A stretch of 64,000 nucleotides of DNA, taken from Octopus sinensis. Lineage: Eukaryota. This document shows, in pieces, positions 1 to 13,470 of this stretch. A model generated the notes under the pieces. The model did no database searches. It had not been told where the DNA came from and saw nothing but the letters and a program-made list of their open reading frames with translations. A program made the translations under genes and the position numbers. The DNA is taken from positions 1-64,000 of the forward strand of contig NW_021836137.1 of NCBI RefSeq assembly GCF_006345805.1. The letters are read 5' to 3'. The stretch's first letter is position 1, and every line of letters starts with the position of its first letter.

Positions 1-38
1 GTCTACTTAATCCTGACTGAGCTGGGGTTAAACAATAA

Positions 39-283
39 AGCATCATTCGAGTGTGATCGTTGCCAGCATCACCTTACTGACACATGTGCCAGTGGCACGT
101 GAAAAACAACATTCGAGCATGATCGTTGCCAGACTGGCTCCCATGCAGGTAGCACGTAAAAAAACACCTTTTGAGCATGGTAGTTGCCAGAACTGCCTGA
201 CTGGCCCTCGTGCTGGTGGCACATAAAAGCACCTGCTACACTCTCAGTGTGGTTGGCATTAGGAAGAACATCCAGCTGTAGAA
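39..283 (+). mobile_element. RTE-LINE 3' UTR fragment with internal ~60-bp tandem units
   Basis: Repeated gtggcacgt-aaaaa-cacc units, then gtggttggcattaggaagaacatccagctgtagaaa; same sequence as the 3' UTR of the RTE at 55748-57705. Confidence 0.75.
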
Positions 284-424
284 ATTGGTACTTTATTTTA
301 ACAACCCCAAAAGGATGAAGGGAAAAATTGACTACGGTGAGATTTGAACTTAAAATTTCAAAGAGCCAGAACAAATGCCACAAGGCATTTCTTTCAGTGC
401 ACTAACAATTCTGCCAACTCACTG
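284..424 (-). mobile_element. tRNA-derived SINE family B, degenerate
   Basis: Similar to the better-preserved copies at 10494-10724 and 30260-30490 (ggtact...accccaaaaggatgaag...atttgaact). Confidence 0.65.
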
Positions 425-850
425 CGACACCAACAACTTTTTGATACAGCAAAATACTAAGATTACTTAAAAAATAATGGAAAAACATGCAAATACATAT
501 ATAACACAAGTAATTTTTAAAGCAAAATTGTCATTCTTATCTCGTTATCAACATTGTCATTTTAACAGCCACTTTTCCATGCTTTCAAGGTGTGATGGGG
601 GAGGATTTTCTATAGCCTGATATCCCTCTTGTTTTCAACACTCACCGGTTTCCAATTAAGTTAATCTCATGTTATACCAGACATGCTTTCATGTAAGTTT
701 TGAAATGAAGGACACCGCTTGTATGACGGTAACATTCAGCTACAACAATTACATGAAGTCTAGGCAAGGAAACAGAAACATACACACACAGATACATACA
801 TACATGAATGTATATGTACATGCATACATACATACATACATGCATACATA

Positions 851-1700
851 TTGAGTCATTCCATAAATAATGTGATTTGTTTCAATTGCGTGTACTAAAA
901 GTTGGAGGAGGATGGGATAAACTACCTGCATCAACTTGCTAATAAAAGCAGGTAGTAATTTTACCTTGTCCTTATTCTTAGTGCAGTTCGATTTTAACAG
1001 CTATGTTTCAAAGCAATAATGGAAGTGGCAAAGGAGCCTATTCAGCAGATTTTGCTTTCAGAGTTCAATAAAGGAAACAATGCAACAGAAAGTGCGAGGA
1101 ATATTGATGCCGTATATGGAGATCGGACAATAAGTGTAAGCCAGTGTCAACAGTGTTTCCAGAAATTCCAAACTACATCCTAGAAGATGGGCTTTGTTCG
1201 GGAAAACCTGTAGAGCTTGACAAGGATGTAGGTAACCTTCAAAGGAGAAACACAGGTGCTCAAGGCTAAAGAAGGTCTTCACTCACATAAGGTGTTGTTA
1301 TTTGTTTGGTGGGATACAAACGGTTTAGTCCACTTTTGACTTTTAAACCCAAACCAAACAATAACAAAGGATATCTACTGCAAATAGATTGAGTGGCTTA
1401 AGTCAGCGCAAGAAGAAAAATGATCATCTTTGGTTTCAAGACGAAAGGTGTTCTTTCATCAGGATAATGCTCAGCCACATACAGCATGGATGACATTAGG
1501 TCAGAACAGTACTGGAGAAGTATTTTTTGTCACAGACAAGTGAATTTTGGAAGAGGGACCTTGCAAGTCTACTAGATAGATGTAAGAGCATTGTAGAAAA
1601 TGAAGGAGAGTGTATTTCAGATTAAAAAAGAACTTTGTTTATCTTAATTTTGAAAAATAAAAGTGGTATAGAAAAATCACATTATATATGGATGACCTTA
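851..1700 (+). mobile_element. Internally deleted mariner transposon (transposase pseudogene)
   Basis: TA-flanked imperfect TIRs (ttgagtcattccataaataatgtgattt; aaatcacattatatatggatgacctta). ATG at 1019 gives MEVAKEPIQQILLSEFNKGNNATESARNIDAVYGDRTISVSQCQQCFQKF (HTH). Later segments read GLHSHKVLLFVWWDTNGLVHF and FFHQDNAQPHTA (DDD domain), with stops and deletions. Confidence 0.9.
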
Positions 1701-1701
1701 T

Positions 1702-1732
<31 letters not shown>

Positions 1733-1739
1733 GTATCTT

Positions 1740-1942
1740 TCTAGTATAACACAAGGCTTGAAATTTGGGGGGAGGGGTAAGTCAATTACATCGACCCCAA
1801 TGTTCAATTGGCATCAGTTTCATCAATCCCAATAGGATGAAAGCCAAAATTGACCTCAGTGGAATCTGAACTCAGAAAATAAAGACAGACAAAATGTACT
1901 AAGTATTTTACCTGACATGCCAACAATTATGCCAGCTTCCCA
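1740..1942 (-). mobile_element. SINE family B, degenerate
   Basis: gtcaattacatcgacccc...ggatgaaagcc...gacctcagtggaatctgaactcagaa matches family B. Confidence 0.7.
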
Positions 1943-4879
1943 CCCTATATATAATACACACACACCTTTCAGTTTCCATTTACCATATCCACTCAGAAGG
2001 CTTAGCAATAAAATTTCATCAGACAAAATGGGAACAGGTTGCTTAATTTGGTTGAAATAACAACCAAATTTCCCTCACATTACACACTATTGCCTCATAA
2101 AAAACAGATAGACACATTTGATGATAGAGCCCAAACTGCAGAACATTTGGAAACAAAGATATGTGCATGTGTGTGTGACACTATGAATTTGAGAAAAGTC
2201 TTGCATATTTTCACTCTTCTAACTTATGAATTATGTTTGTAATGTGCATGTTAGCTTAGTTTATTTTGTTTTCCGAAAGTCTTAGCTTTTCCTGATTGTC
2301 ATTTCCAAACAATTCCAAGTGCACCAATTATTACTGGTATAAATGTCAATTTATAATATGATTATAGAAACTGAAGGTTTCAAAGCAGTTGTCCATAGTT
2401 ATTCTCTTTCTCTATGAAAATAAAAGAGATGTTCAATTCAGCAAAGCAACTGAACTCTATGATGGTACCAAATGACACTGGTCTGTTATATTTACACTCG
2501 GCAACAGTTTTGATGGGAAAGTTCCAGCAATATCCTTTTCACTGATGTGTGTGTATGTGTATGTGTGCATGTATGTATTGAATAGCAAGGGAATTCATTT
2601 TATTTTCCCAAGGACAGTCCTTTTTCTGATGGCATTGTATATTATTTTAGCAAGTTGCCTTGGGTTGTTGTACCTTCATAACATTTCTGGGTGGCTGCTG
2701 ATCATATGTGTGAAGTCATTCACAGAAATGTGATATGTTTGACATTTCCACTAGCACCTTGGGCTTCCAAGGACTCCACTGTCTATTATTGTGTCTCGGC
2801 TATTTTGTAGCAATCTCTTGCTAATGGACAGCAAATGCATAAACTTTGAAGTGTGATGTAATACAGTTATGAGTTCATCAAAGGCCATACTTCATCATCA
2901 AGTCTTCAGGAAACATACCGATGAATCATCTCCTTGTGGTAGGCTGAGTATTTCATATCAAGACCTTCTTTGTATATATGTATCTGTATGCATGTATATT
3001 TGAATTGAGAGAGTGTGTGTGTGTGCACCTGTACATATATGTTCATGTGTACATGTACATATGCATGCAAATATATAAATATACATTGATATCTACGCAC
3101 ACATTATAGGAGAATCACATAGTAAATAACAATTCTTAAGACTACTTAATTTGATTGATTAGGGAAGAGTGAGTATTTTGTTTGTGCATTTGTTTTTTAC
3201 AGATGTGCTTCCAATAAAGATATTTTGTTTTGCTTTGTAATCAAACTATTTAAAGAAGTTACGAAACTTAACATTTGGAAATAAGTAAATAATGAAGAAA
3301 ATGAAATGAAATATTGTATTTAGAATGAAAAATGATCGAAGCTGTTGAAGAATAACATATTGAATAAGATAATGGAGGAACAGGAAGAAAGGCTATGGCA
3401 GGGGGTAATGTGATAAATTAAGCTAATGAATCAGAAGATTTTAATCCAAAGCACTTTCTCCGGTTTTTTCTCCCCTCTAGTTTGACTTTTTTTTTCTCCT
3501 GCTTCGTTAGTGATTTTCAGTTCATGTCTCATGGTATGCATTTATCTATTATTTTAAAATTTATTTTAAGTCCTTTTCTTTGTGTGTGTGTATGTGCAAC
3601 AAATATAAAAATAAAAGTAGATTAATTGTGGAAGATTTGTTTGCCTTTATTGAATTTGTTTCTATATTTTTCTCAATTTATTTTTATCCATTATTTTATA
3701 ATACCTTTCTCTTAAATTTTCTTTTTCTATTTCTTAAAAAAAATTTTTTTCCCCTGCTACAAGACAACATTTCCTTTCAATAAACACATTTCAAAAGAAA
3801 AAGAAAGAATATTTATAAGAGAGGAAGGAAGGAAAAAATAACAACACAATAACAAGAAAGTAAGGAAGTAAAACAAAAAAAGAAAAAAGAACAATGTAAA
3901 AAATAGAGATAAATCTGCAAAATGCAATAGGAAAACATTAAATAAATTTACTATCATAAAATGTAAAATATTTTTCAGATCTATGTTTCAAATATAATGA
4001 AATTATAGAGTATTAAATTCCTTTTCTTTCTAAATAATGATACATTTTCATACGATCCAATTGATTACACTGCCTCCCGTATAAACCCGACAAGATATTT
4101 ATTGTTACTTTCAGAAGATTTGCAAGTGTATTATCAATTTCAAAGAAATGCAATTGTCTTCATTATTCCATTTTCACCAAACTAGCAATATTAACAATAC
4201 AAATAAAAAAAAAAAGGAAAGAAAAGAAAGAAAACAGAAAATTTGGGTGGAAGAAAATGAAGAAGAATAAAATAACAAAAGTGTAAAAATAAAAAAAATT
4301 AAAAAATAAGATAAGATTCCTTGAGAGATGATATAAATATTTCATTGAATGACTTGTTTTTTTTTTTTTTTTTTTTTACCTTCTTCTTAGTCATCTTCAC
4401 TTCAGTTAAAAGAAGATTTTTACCCACCGCATGATTATGCAGAATTTAAAAAAAGAAAGAAATACAGTAACCAAGAATATTTGTTCATGTTGGAAATAGT
4501 TTTCAGATATCATTTTGTGTGTCTTTGGTTAAAAAGAAACCAAACACAACTGAAATATAAAACTAAGATATAAAGAGAAGAATGTATGATTTTTCAAAAT
4601 AAAATCAGTATCTGTGTGTGAGCATAATACATGTGTGCATGACTGTATGTAGGTGTGTGTCAGTTTATTATTGTTGTTGTTGTTTGCATTGAGCAAATGT
4701 ATCTTGTACAGTACAGGAAGACTGAATTTTACTGCACTTTACTTACTGGTTCCTCTTCATCTCCCAAAGCAATGGGGTTTGGGATATTTTGAGGGTCCCT
4801 AATATCTATGCATGCATCCCATTACATTGGCTGGAAAATCTACCCAGAAATTTAGTAGTAATCAATATACTCTTTTTCT

Positions 4880-5284
4880 TACTCTTTTACTTGTTTCAGT
4901 CATTTGACTGCGGCCATGCTGGAGCACCGCCTTTAATCGAACAACTCGACCCCGGGACTTATTCTATTGTAAGCCCAGTACTTATTCTATCGGTCTCTTT
5001 TGCCGAACCGCTAAGTGACGGGGACATAAACACACCAGCATCGGTTGTCAAGCAATGCTAGGGGGACAAACACAGACACACAAACACACACACGCATATA
5101 TATATATATATACATATATACGACAGGCTTCTTTCAGTTTCCGTCTACCAAATCCACTCACAAGGCATTGGTCGGCCCGAGGCTACAGTAGAAGTCACTT
5201 GCCTAAGGTGCCACGCAGTGGGACTGAACCCGGAACCACGTGGTTGGTAAACAAGCTACTTACCACACAGCCACTCCTGCGCCT
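4880..5284 (-). mobile_element. tRNA-derived SINE family C (CORE-like block, internal (CA)n(TA)n, AAGAGT-type tail)
   Basis: The minus strand begins ggcgcaggagtggctgtgtggtaagtagc...gggttcagtccc (Pol III A/B-box-like), then ccttaggcaagtgacttct. Near-identical copies at 37395, 60873 and 62475. Confidence 0.9.
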
Positions 5285-5407
5285 ATATGTCGGTGACATT
5301 TTTCAAAATTTTGTAGATTTAAAAAGACAAAGAAAGAGAAAAGTGAAGGACACTGAACAAATAAATAAAAACAGAAAAGTTATAAATAAAAATAAATAAG
5401 AGAAGTG

Positions 5408-5615
5408 CTAGACATGACTTAACCAGCCTATCACATATGATGGAATGAGCTTGCACGCTGAGACAACCTGCCTTTTTCTGCACTTGATGAATCTCTCCAG
5501 TATTTTGATGTGCGGATATAGCAGGGATGTGATGACAGCACTATAGATGCAAAGCTTATGGGACAGTGTTAAACCTCTGTATGATCGGAATAATTTCTTC
5601 AGTCTCAAATGGAAA
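5408..5615 (-). mobile_element. RTE-clade LINE RT C-terminal remnant
   Basis: ORF segment RGLTLSHKLCIYSAVITSLLY..HIKILERF resembles the RTE/BovB segment RGI.L.TKL.VY.AVV..TLLY. Confidence 0.6.
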
Positions 5616-8007
5616 TAGTGCTATATTAATCCTCAAATTCATTGTAGTATCTAAGGATCCATTCTATTTCTACTAAATACATGAAAGAATGCATTACAGA
5701 AAATCTGGTTCCTTACACAAGTTTATTTGTTTCCACATAGGTCCCTCCTGGAGAAAGTGTAAATATCACCTTACTCTTCATCAGGTTTATTGTAAGTCCA
5801 CAAACAGTAGAAACTTTATATGATTTTGTCTCTCATGTATGTGTGTATGTGCACATGTGCAGGTGTGCCTACATCCACTCAGATACAGATTTTTGAAGAT
5901 CACAAGAGGGTGAACTTTAAGGAAGGAAGGTACTAATAGATAGACACAGAAAATATTTTTTAATCTATAAAACAAGCGAAGTCTAAAAAGTAAGTAAACA
6001 CGAGTGAAAAAACAGAATGGAGAATGATGCAGCCAATGTTAAGAACATGTTTACAGTAAGTGGAGAAAAAAACATAGAATAAAGATTTTCTTCAGTAAGG
6101 TAGACAGGCAGTCAGATGACTATCTTGATTTTCAATAGAACAATGCAAATAACATTTTTTAATTAATTAAATCAAAGTTAGGAACATATCTTGTTCATCA
6201 AGGTCAATCCTGCATGCAGACACCAATATGTATTTAGATAAAGACATACCACATAAACAGCTGTAATGATACGTATTTGTAATTTAGAAAATTAATGCCA
6301 GCAGTTAAAAGTAAGTCTTGATGTCTGGAAAGTATTGTATCAACAACTAACAAGAAGAAGTCATGAAACAGACATGAAATATATATACATCTCACAATTC
6401 CGCTGTGGTGTCACTAGAGGTTAACATTCACAGAAACAGATAATATGTTGCAGAACAATGTAAAAACAGCTGTATTCCTGCTGCAACAAAATCAATAAAT
6501 TTGATCTCACCAATTAATCATTCTTATATAATTAATATTGTCAATGACATCATTAATCTAATTGATATTAATTTCACATTACCAATATTGTAGATGTTAT
6601 TAGCATTCTTCTTTTAATTAATATTTTCCACAATACTAATGATAATATTAGCTTTGCCAACATTAATGTAATTAGTATTATCAATGTTTCAATCATAGTG
6701 CGTCTACTACATAGCTGAGCCATTATGGTCAGTGAGGTGTTTAAATGAAGTTAGGTTCAATTCTTGTGATCTTAAGCAATTCTCTTTCCTTTACTTCGGA
6801 CTGATAGTTTGGGTTGAAGAATAGGAAGTCGTTATAATAATGAATCAAATTAACAAACTCAACTGACTGCACTTTGAAACTCCCAAACTGAAACCAATGA
6901 TCAGAAAATTTGTTTGATGACAAATGTGTTATAACCATTAACTTATAAGTATTTCACTTATCTGTGTTTTGCAAGTATAATTTTATTAGTAATAATGCAA
7001 TCTTAATTGACATGTCGAGTGCTATGCTTTAAAGGAATACAGTATATAAAATTATTCTGAGGGATTTATACAGATATACTACTGTCTATCTATACATTAA
7101 ACTGCCCCACTTTCTCTTTCTCACACCCACACATATATACTTTCCTTATCCTAAAGTAAAATACATAGAATATGAGATAAGTAATAATTGCTTCAGGAGT
7201 AGCTGATCTAATTTTCAAAGATAATTCTAAGGCTAATCTATTGAAGAGCTAAGCAAGAATTCATGATCAGTTGATCTATACACCCACCTCCAAAGCTGGA
7301 TTACAAAAACTGTAATTGCAATAAGGCAAACGTGACCAAATCAAAGACAAAGCTGGATACTACATTGGTTACCCACCCAATTAAAAGACATCTTCTATAC
7401 TGTTTTTTTTTCTTTCTTTTAAGATTCTTTTCCATCTTTGCTGAGTGAAAGATTAAACAGAATCAGAAGAAAACTATAGAATTTTGAAGAAACAACATAG
7501 TTCACATTTTATGGTATTTTATGTAAATTCTATCACAGTATTTTATATTGTCAGTTATTGTTATCTAACTTTACATGTTTATATATATTTACATGTGCTT
7601 TTTGTACCAATTTATGGTAGGTATTCAAATAAATTTTCGATGAATCAAACTTTTTGAACCACCTTAATTTATCTAGCTTTCCTCTAGAAACAATGGTTTG
7701 TGAGAGGTATTTCACCAGAAATAATCTTATCATAATAACTCTAATACAATAATCCCTTGACTCAAAACCTCCCACAGAAATAATTACAATCTAAAAAAAT
7801 ATAAATACCTATCACCTGCAGAAAACCTGTGATATGCTGAGGAATCTGTGATATAAATTTACATACATTAGTCAGAAAAATCAGAGATGTACTGAGTGTA
7901 TAATAGGTGAACCACAATATGGCAAGGGATTACTGTAGTTGGTATTCAAACAGTAAATGCTTTATTCTAGTATTAAGTTCCAGCAGCATTAGATAATTAT
8001 ATATATA

Positions 8008-8152
8008 TGTTAGTGGCACACAAAATGCATCCAGGACACACTGTAAAGTGGTTGGCATTAGAGCTCAATACAGCCCTGGGGGTTTGCAGGATCTAGTAAA
8101 ACTGTCCAACCTGTGTCAACATGGAAAATGGACATTAAGATGATGATGATGA
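8008..8152 (+). mobile_element. RTE 3' UTR fragment with (GAT)n tail
   Basis: gtggttggcattag...aacatggaaaatggacattaagatgatgatgat. Confidence 0.65.
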
Positions 8153-10289
8153 TATATATTAATGAAACATTTTTAAATGATCATTATACATCACTGGCCT
8201 TCCAATAACCCATTCTCATTCTATTCATTATGATTTTACCTATAATCTTCTCATAGTCAAATTTATTATAGAATACGCTATGTTGATATTGCAAGCAAAG
8301 CTTTCATAACAAACTCTCAAGCATATTTGAAACAGGTTCTACATCTACAAATTCTACGTTTTTACAAAACAAGTCAACACAATAGTTTCACCATTGTTTA
8401 AATGGTGAAGTATAACACTGATTTGCTGGACACTATGTGTATATCTGAATGCCATATGTCATTGAAAAAGTAGTTAAAAGATTCATATATATATACTGTC
8501 ATCAGCACTGTTATATGGCTGTGTCAAAGACCCTTAGTTTTCAATGGCTCAGTCAACTGAATGCTAACAGTTTCCACATGAGAAGGATAATTCATTACTG
8601 TGTGCAAAAGCAATGCAGTGGATTTGACAAGTATTTCATTAGCTTGCAGTATTAAGTTAAATTCCTATCATATCAATCCAGAAACTTCTCAGTAATATCG
8701 TAAAAGACGTGAGAATGTGTATCGTTGGTGTGTGTGTGTGTGTGTGTGTGTGCAACTATGTACCCACGAACATATGCTAAGGAAAATGATAAAGAGAAGA
8801 AGAAAAAATGCACACACAAAATAACTCCAAGCACAGTCAGCAAAAGGTGACAATGCATACATAATTTGTCTTAAACTATTATTACTCTAATTCCTATCTG
8901 AATCATGGAGGCTTAAATAAATGGAAAATACCTTTGATTAAGAAAAAAAATAAATAACATAGCCTAGGTTATTAACAAATATTTGTTGAAACTTGATTTA
9001 TTTTTCTTATTTCTAAGAAGATTTAATTTTCAATAAAGATTTTCATGAAAGATTCTGTGTTAAGTCATTTGTTACTGATTTTGAGCACTGAGGATTTTGC
9101 CAAAGTAGTTTTGCTTTAATTATATTTCAGTTTATAGAAACCAGTTATTTAGTATGGTATTTGGCAGTAGAAAGCCTAAAGCTTAGCGACATGGTTCTTT
9201 ATGCAATGAAAGACAGATCATCATTATTGTGCATGAGGAAAATGTGGAGGGAATGAAAACAAGGATTAGTAATTCTTCTATATCATTATCTTTAAAAAAA
9301 AAGTGGATAATTGATTTGGGGCAACAAAAACAGTAACTGATTGGGAAAAGAGAGAAAGAAAGGACTTGCTAAAGATGGAAACGAACACTGTCATTCTGTG
9401 AGACAGGAAAAACATTAGGAGGAAAAAAAAAATTGAATGTGTGTAAGAAGGAGCTGCTAGAAGAAAGTGCAATCTGTTGCAATAATTGTTCATTTATGAA
9501 GGAGCATAAAGTTTATTGATAAAAGGAATAATTGGAAGAAGAAAAAAAGATGCAGTTACATTAAAGCAGAAAGTGGGAGATGAGAAGTAACTTGTTTGGT
9601 ACAAAGATGAGAGATAAATTATTAGTTTCAATTCAGTTTTTAAGAAATCTCAAACAACTGTAGTAAAAAAGTGAACCAGGATTTTAGACTGCTAGTGAGA
9701 AAGATAGAGTGAAATTATTTAAAACAAGGAATGTTGACTAAGAATCAGGGAAATAAATATAAGATATGGAGAGAGAGAGAGAGACTTAAGAGATATTTAG
9801 CAATGCAGAAAAAGAAAACTCGAGAATCATTTTTAGTGAAGCAAAAAGTAATGAAAACATATCAATAAGATGCAGGATGAATTTGTTTTACAAATTATTC
9901 AAATTAATGTTTAGTGTATTTGCTATTGTTCTGGTTACATAAATCTCATAAAAGTGAAAAATCAGAAGCCATGAATCAAGATGTTTTACTGAAAAGACTC
10001 AACTTAGAGCCCACAGACGATATAATCTGAGTAAATTTGCATTCCATTTCTCACACAATTATTATCTTATGTTCTTCAATTACAACTTTTAGATCTGTTT
10101 GTTGCATTTGATCTTTAAATACACCTGGCACATATTGTGTTTGGAAAGTTAACTCCTCTTGTACATACAAGGAAATATACATCTGTTTAGAGTAGAAACA
10201 CAAAATAGTGAGTTCAGAGTCTATTAGAAATTGATGTGATTATTTAACCCTAAGTCAGGTCCAATCAAACCAACTTATATGATCAAACA

Positions 10290-10453
10290 CAGTGGTGTAA
10301 CAAGGGCTCTCACCCAGGAGAAAAAGATAGTTTGGTGCCGTTACCTTAATTAATAGACATGCTAAATGAGAGGAAATTTTGCACACCTTCATATTGCACT
10401 CAGGAGAAGGAGCACCCAACTGCTTCTTCATTTCTCCTCTTGTTACAATTCTG
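10290..10453. mobile_element. Possible short degenerate MITE
   Basis: Imperfect terminal inverted repeats cagtggtgtaacaaggg / ctcttgttacaattctg. Confidence 0.3.
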
Positions 10454-10493
10454 CTAAAGAACTTTAATATTTTATATAACAGTAACTACAATG

Positions 10494-10724
10494 TATATTT
10501 CTTTATTGCCCATAAGGGGCTAAACATAGAGGGGACAAACAAGGACAGACAAACGGATTAAGTCGATTACATCGACCCCCAGTGCGAAACTGGTACTTTA
10601 TTATTCGACCCCGAAAAGATGAAAGGCGAAGTCGACCTCGGTGGAATTTGAACTCAGAACGTAATGACAGACGAAATACCGCTAAGCATTTCGCCCAGTG
10701 CGCTAACGTTTCTGCCAGCTCACC
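10494..10724 (-). mobile_element. SINE family B, well preserved
   Basis: Reverse complement of 30260-30490; tRNA-like head, central cctttcatcttttcggggtcgaataataaagtaccag block. Confidence 0.9.
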
Positions 10725-11804
10725 AGTAACTACAATGTCCAGTGCAGGGAGTAATCCAAAAGAGGCTTCGTTGCTTTTCCTCGTGCACCAAAAGACTGTG
10801 GAAGCTCCCTCGCTCACATGAGACTGTTTATTTATAGTTTTTGTATACACAATATGGATACAAAAAAAAAAAAAACTTATAATAAAATGCCTTATCTACT
10901 TGAACTTTATACATTGATTGATACAATCATACATGTGCTACTGAATATATGACTCAAAGTATATGTTTATTCTTTATTGTAAACAATCTATAAAAGTGCT
11001 TCATGTGCTTACATAGAATCAATGTATGTATGCATGTACAATAACCTAGCGGTAGTTTTACTCATTGTTGAGTTGAAAGGTAAAACAGTGGTTGGAAGTA
11101 CTGAATAGCACTTGACATAATAAACCGGGTAGAATTGCTCTTAATATCTACTATAATAATACTCCTGTGTTTTTCTCCATCATAACATATGAATGAGAAA
11201 GAAAAGAGTGATAAATGAATAAAGAAGGAGGAGGTGATGGCAAAGTGGTTGTGGGATGATGGAAATACTACGGTGAAAAAACAAAAATCAAACAGCATTT
11301 CAACTCTGAGTATATATGTGTATATGTAGAAGGGGGGAATGGGTGTGTGTGTTTGTATGTGTGCAATAGATGGTGAACATACAATGCTGAAAAGAAGAAA
11401 ATCAAATAGTGTTTCAACTTCGTATAAGTATATGTGTGCAAGAGAAGAATGTGAGTGTTTGTATGTGTGATTATTTTGTACCTTATTTATATATATATAA
11501 AATACAATAATTAGCCATCATTTTTTGATGACATGTCAAATAATATTCATTATATTTCATGGATGAAAAGAGCCTTCTTGACTGTTCCTGAGAAAAAATT
11601 TGGATCTGTGATAGCAGGTTAAAATGTATTCAAGATTTTATTTAGAATATCAGAACATCATCAACTATTTGTTACTTCTGCCATCAAAATGGTCAGTACA
11701 AGAGCAGTACAAGGTGAGCTATGTGAAATCTTTGAGTAATTACTTGGAAATATTTTGTATACATACACAAATACATATATATATGGACATAAATATATGC
11801 ACAA

Positions 11805-11835
<31 letters not shown>

Positions 11836-11860
11836 ATATATATATATATATAGATAGATA

Positions 11861-12257
11861 GATAAGTTTAAGAGACAGAACCACCTTCAAGCAACTCAAT
11901 CAACATTGAACGACATTATCTATGATAGAGATATATAAGATTAAATATTATCAACATAATACCTGCAATTACTAATCTGATTCATATACATTATATAGAC
12001 TAGTTTTATATAATCCAGACCTGATGATTGGCAGTATAGTCATATCGATATAGTATTGAATTTCGAGACTTTCTACTTTAGCAATATCGATAGATTTATT
12101 GTCATGAAATGTGCGTAGTCTATATAATGTATATGAATCAGATTAGTAATTGCAGGTATTATGTTGATAATATTTAATCTTATATATCTGTATCATAGAT
12201 AATGTCGTTCAATGTTGATTGAGTTGCTTGAAGCTGGTTCTGTCTATTAAACCTATC
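11861..12257. mobile_element. TA-flanked palindromic element: 142-bp inverted arms with a 113-bp spacer
   Basis: 11861-12002 and 12116-12257 are reverse complements with about 4 mismatches by eye; embedded in (TA)n/(GATA)n. Confidence 0.85.
12006..12127 (+). ncRNA. Hammerhead-ribozyme-like motif (type I, minimal stem III), probably degenerate
   Basis: AGAC(12017-20) CTGATGA(12021-27), stem II TGGCAGT/ATTGTCA, GAAA(12106-09), TGTGCG, GTA(12115-17), GTCT(12118-21). Stem I extends as ttatat/atataa past a 5-nt bulge. Confidence 0.45.
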
Positions 12258-12363
12258 TATATATATATTTAAAATACAGTGGCAAATTCGTTTTAGTACC
12301 ACTATATTGAATTTCTCTCCCCTGTGGACTCGGAAATAAATTCCCTAATATTAATAATTACAT

Positions 12364-12408
<45 letters not shown>

Positions 12409-12668
12409 CTATATATATATGTATATGAACACACACAAGTACATAAATAAACCAACACCATATGGTGTAGTGTGTGTGTGTGTGTACATACAATATTTAT
12501 AAAAATGTGTACATATAAGAAAATCTATATAACAATGATTTGATGGTGAACTAAAACACTGAATTTGTAAAGAAATTAAAAATCGTTACCACAGATATTG
12601 GTGACTGAAGCAAGCATATCATATTGATTGTCCTGTGTGAATGTAATTATGTGTTTGGTCCTAATATA

Positions 12669-12702
<34 letters not shown>

Positions 12703-13312
12703 TACACACTGATCTAGTAAACTCTGACACTTTGATATCCTCTAAGCATCAACCGATAAACATATTTTATAGACCTAAGTACGCAATTTTATTTTATTTT
12801 CTTGTGTTAAAATAGTAATTAATAGAATATAATTAAAAAAGTTGCTAACACACCAGTGCAATAGCTAAAATCTAATCAGTAATAGAAGTCTTTTGGTAGT
12901 GGAAGTGGCGAGATGTGTGGGTTGGTGTAAATTTATGTGGTTGTATGGTGGTGAAGGTGATGATGGAGGTCATATGCTGTCATGTTTTAATTTAATTCTA
13001 TTTTTGTTTCCTTGACTATCATTATTGGCTTTATTATACATACTCTGCTTTCTGCTTTACTGAATATATATATGTGCAGTATAATAAACTGTTTGGTTTC
13101 GAGTGTTAAGAGTGATATTCAATCATAAAAAATGCTCTATAATTGTTAACATCTGAATCGGAAATCATGTTCCCCTGAAAACAAAATCAAAATAGACTTA
13201 CAAAAATTTGTGTTAAAATGCATGCATTTTAGTTTGAGTGAATATAAAAGTAGGAGTGGAGTCATGGAGAGTACATTTATACTAAAGTAAAATTCAATAT
13301 TTCAAAGACATG

Positions 13313-13470
13313 GAACATCAACATCTTCGTTTTAACATCCACTTTTCTATGCCAGTATGGATCAGACAGAATTTGTTGAAGCAGATTTTCTATCAACTTC
13401 CTGTTGCCAGCCCTCATCCATTTCCAAATAAGATAATGTTTTTCCATGGCCAGGAACAGAAGATTGGGAA
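13313..13470 (-). mobile_element. RTE-tail-type repeat variant (related copy at about 537-745)
   Basis: Begins tttaacatccacttttctatgccag like the RTE tail, then diverges; shares ...tttccaa.taag.taat.t with 537-745. Confidence 0.45.

Noticed and set aside
2610-2810. Plus-frame peptide ending DSTVYYC, resembling an immunoglobulin V-set motif
   Set aside because: Interrupted by a stop, no upstream B-strand Cys at Ig spacing, no supporting splice structure; probably chance or decayed TE.
4789-5399. Recurrent ORFs containing FQSFDCGHAGAPPLIEQLDPG (also 37419, 60872, 62439)
   Set aside because: Antisense reading of SINE family C; the recurrence reflects the repeat, not a gene family.
5750-5800. 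Plus-strand mini-exon VPPGESVNITLLFIRFI
   Set aside because: An equally good opposite-strand mini-exon overlaps it, so neither can be supported from sequence alone.
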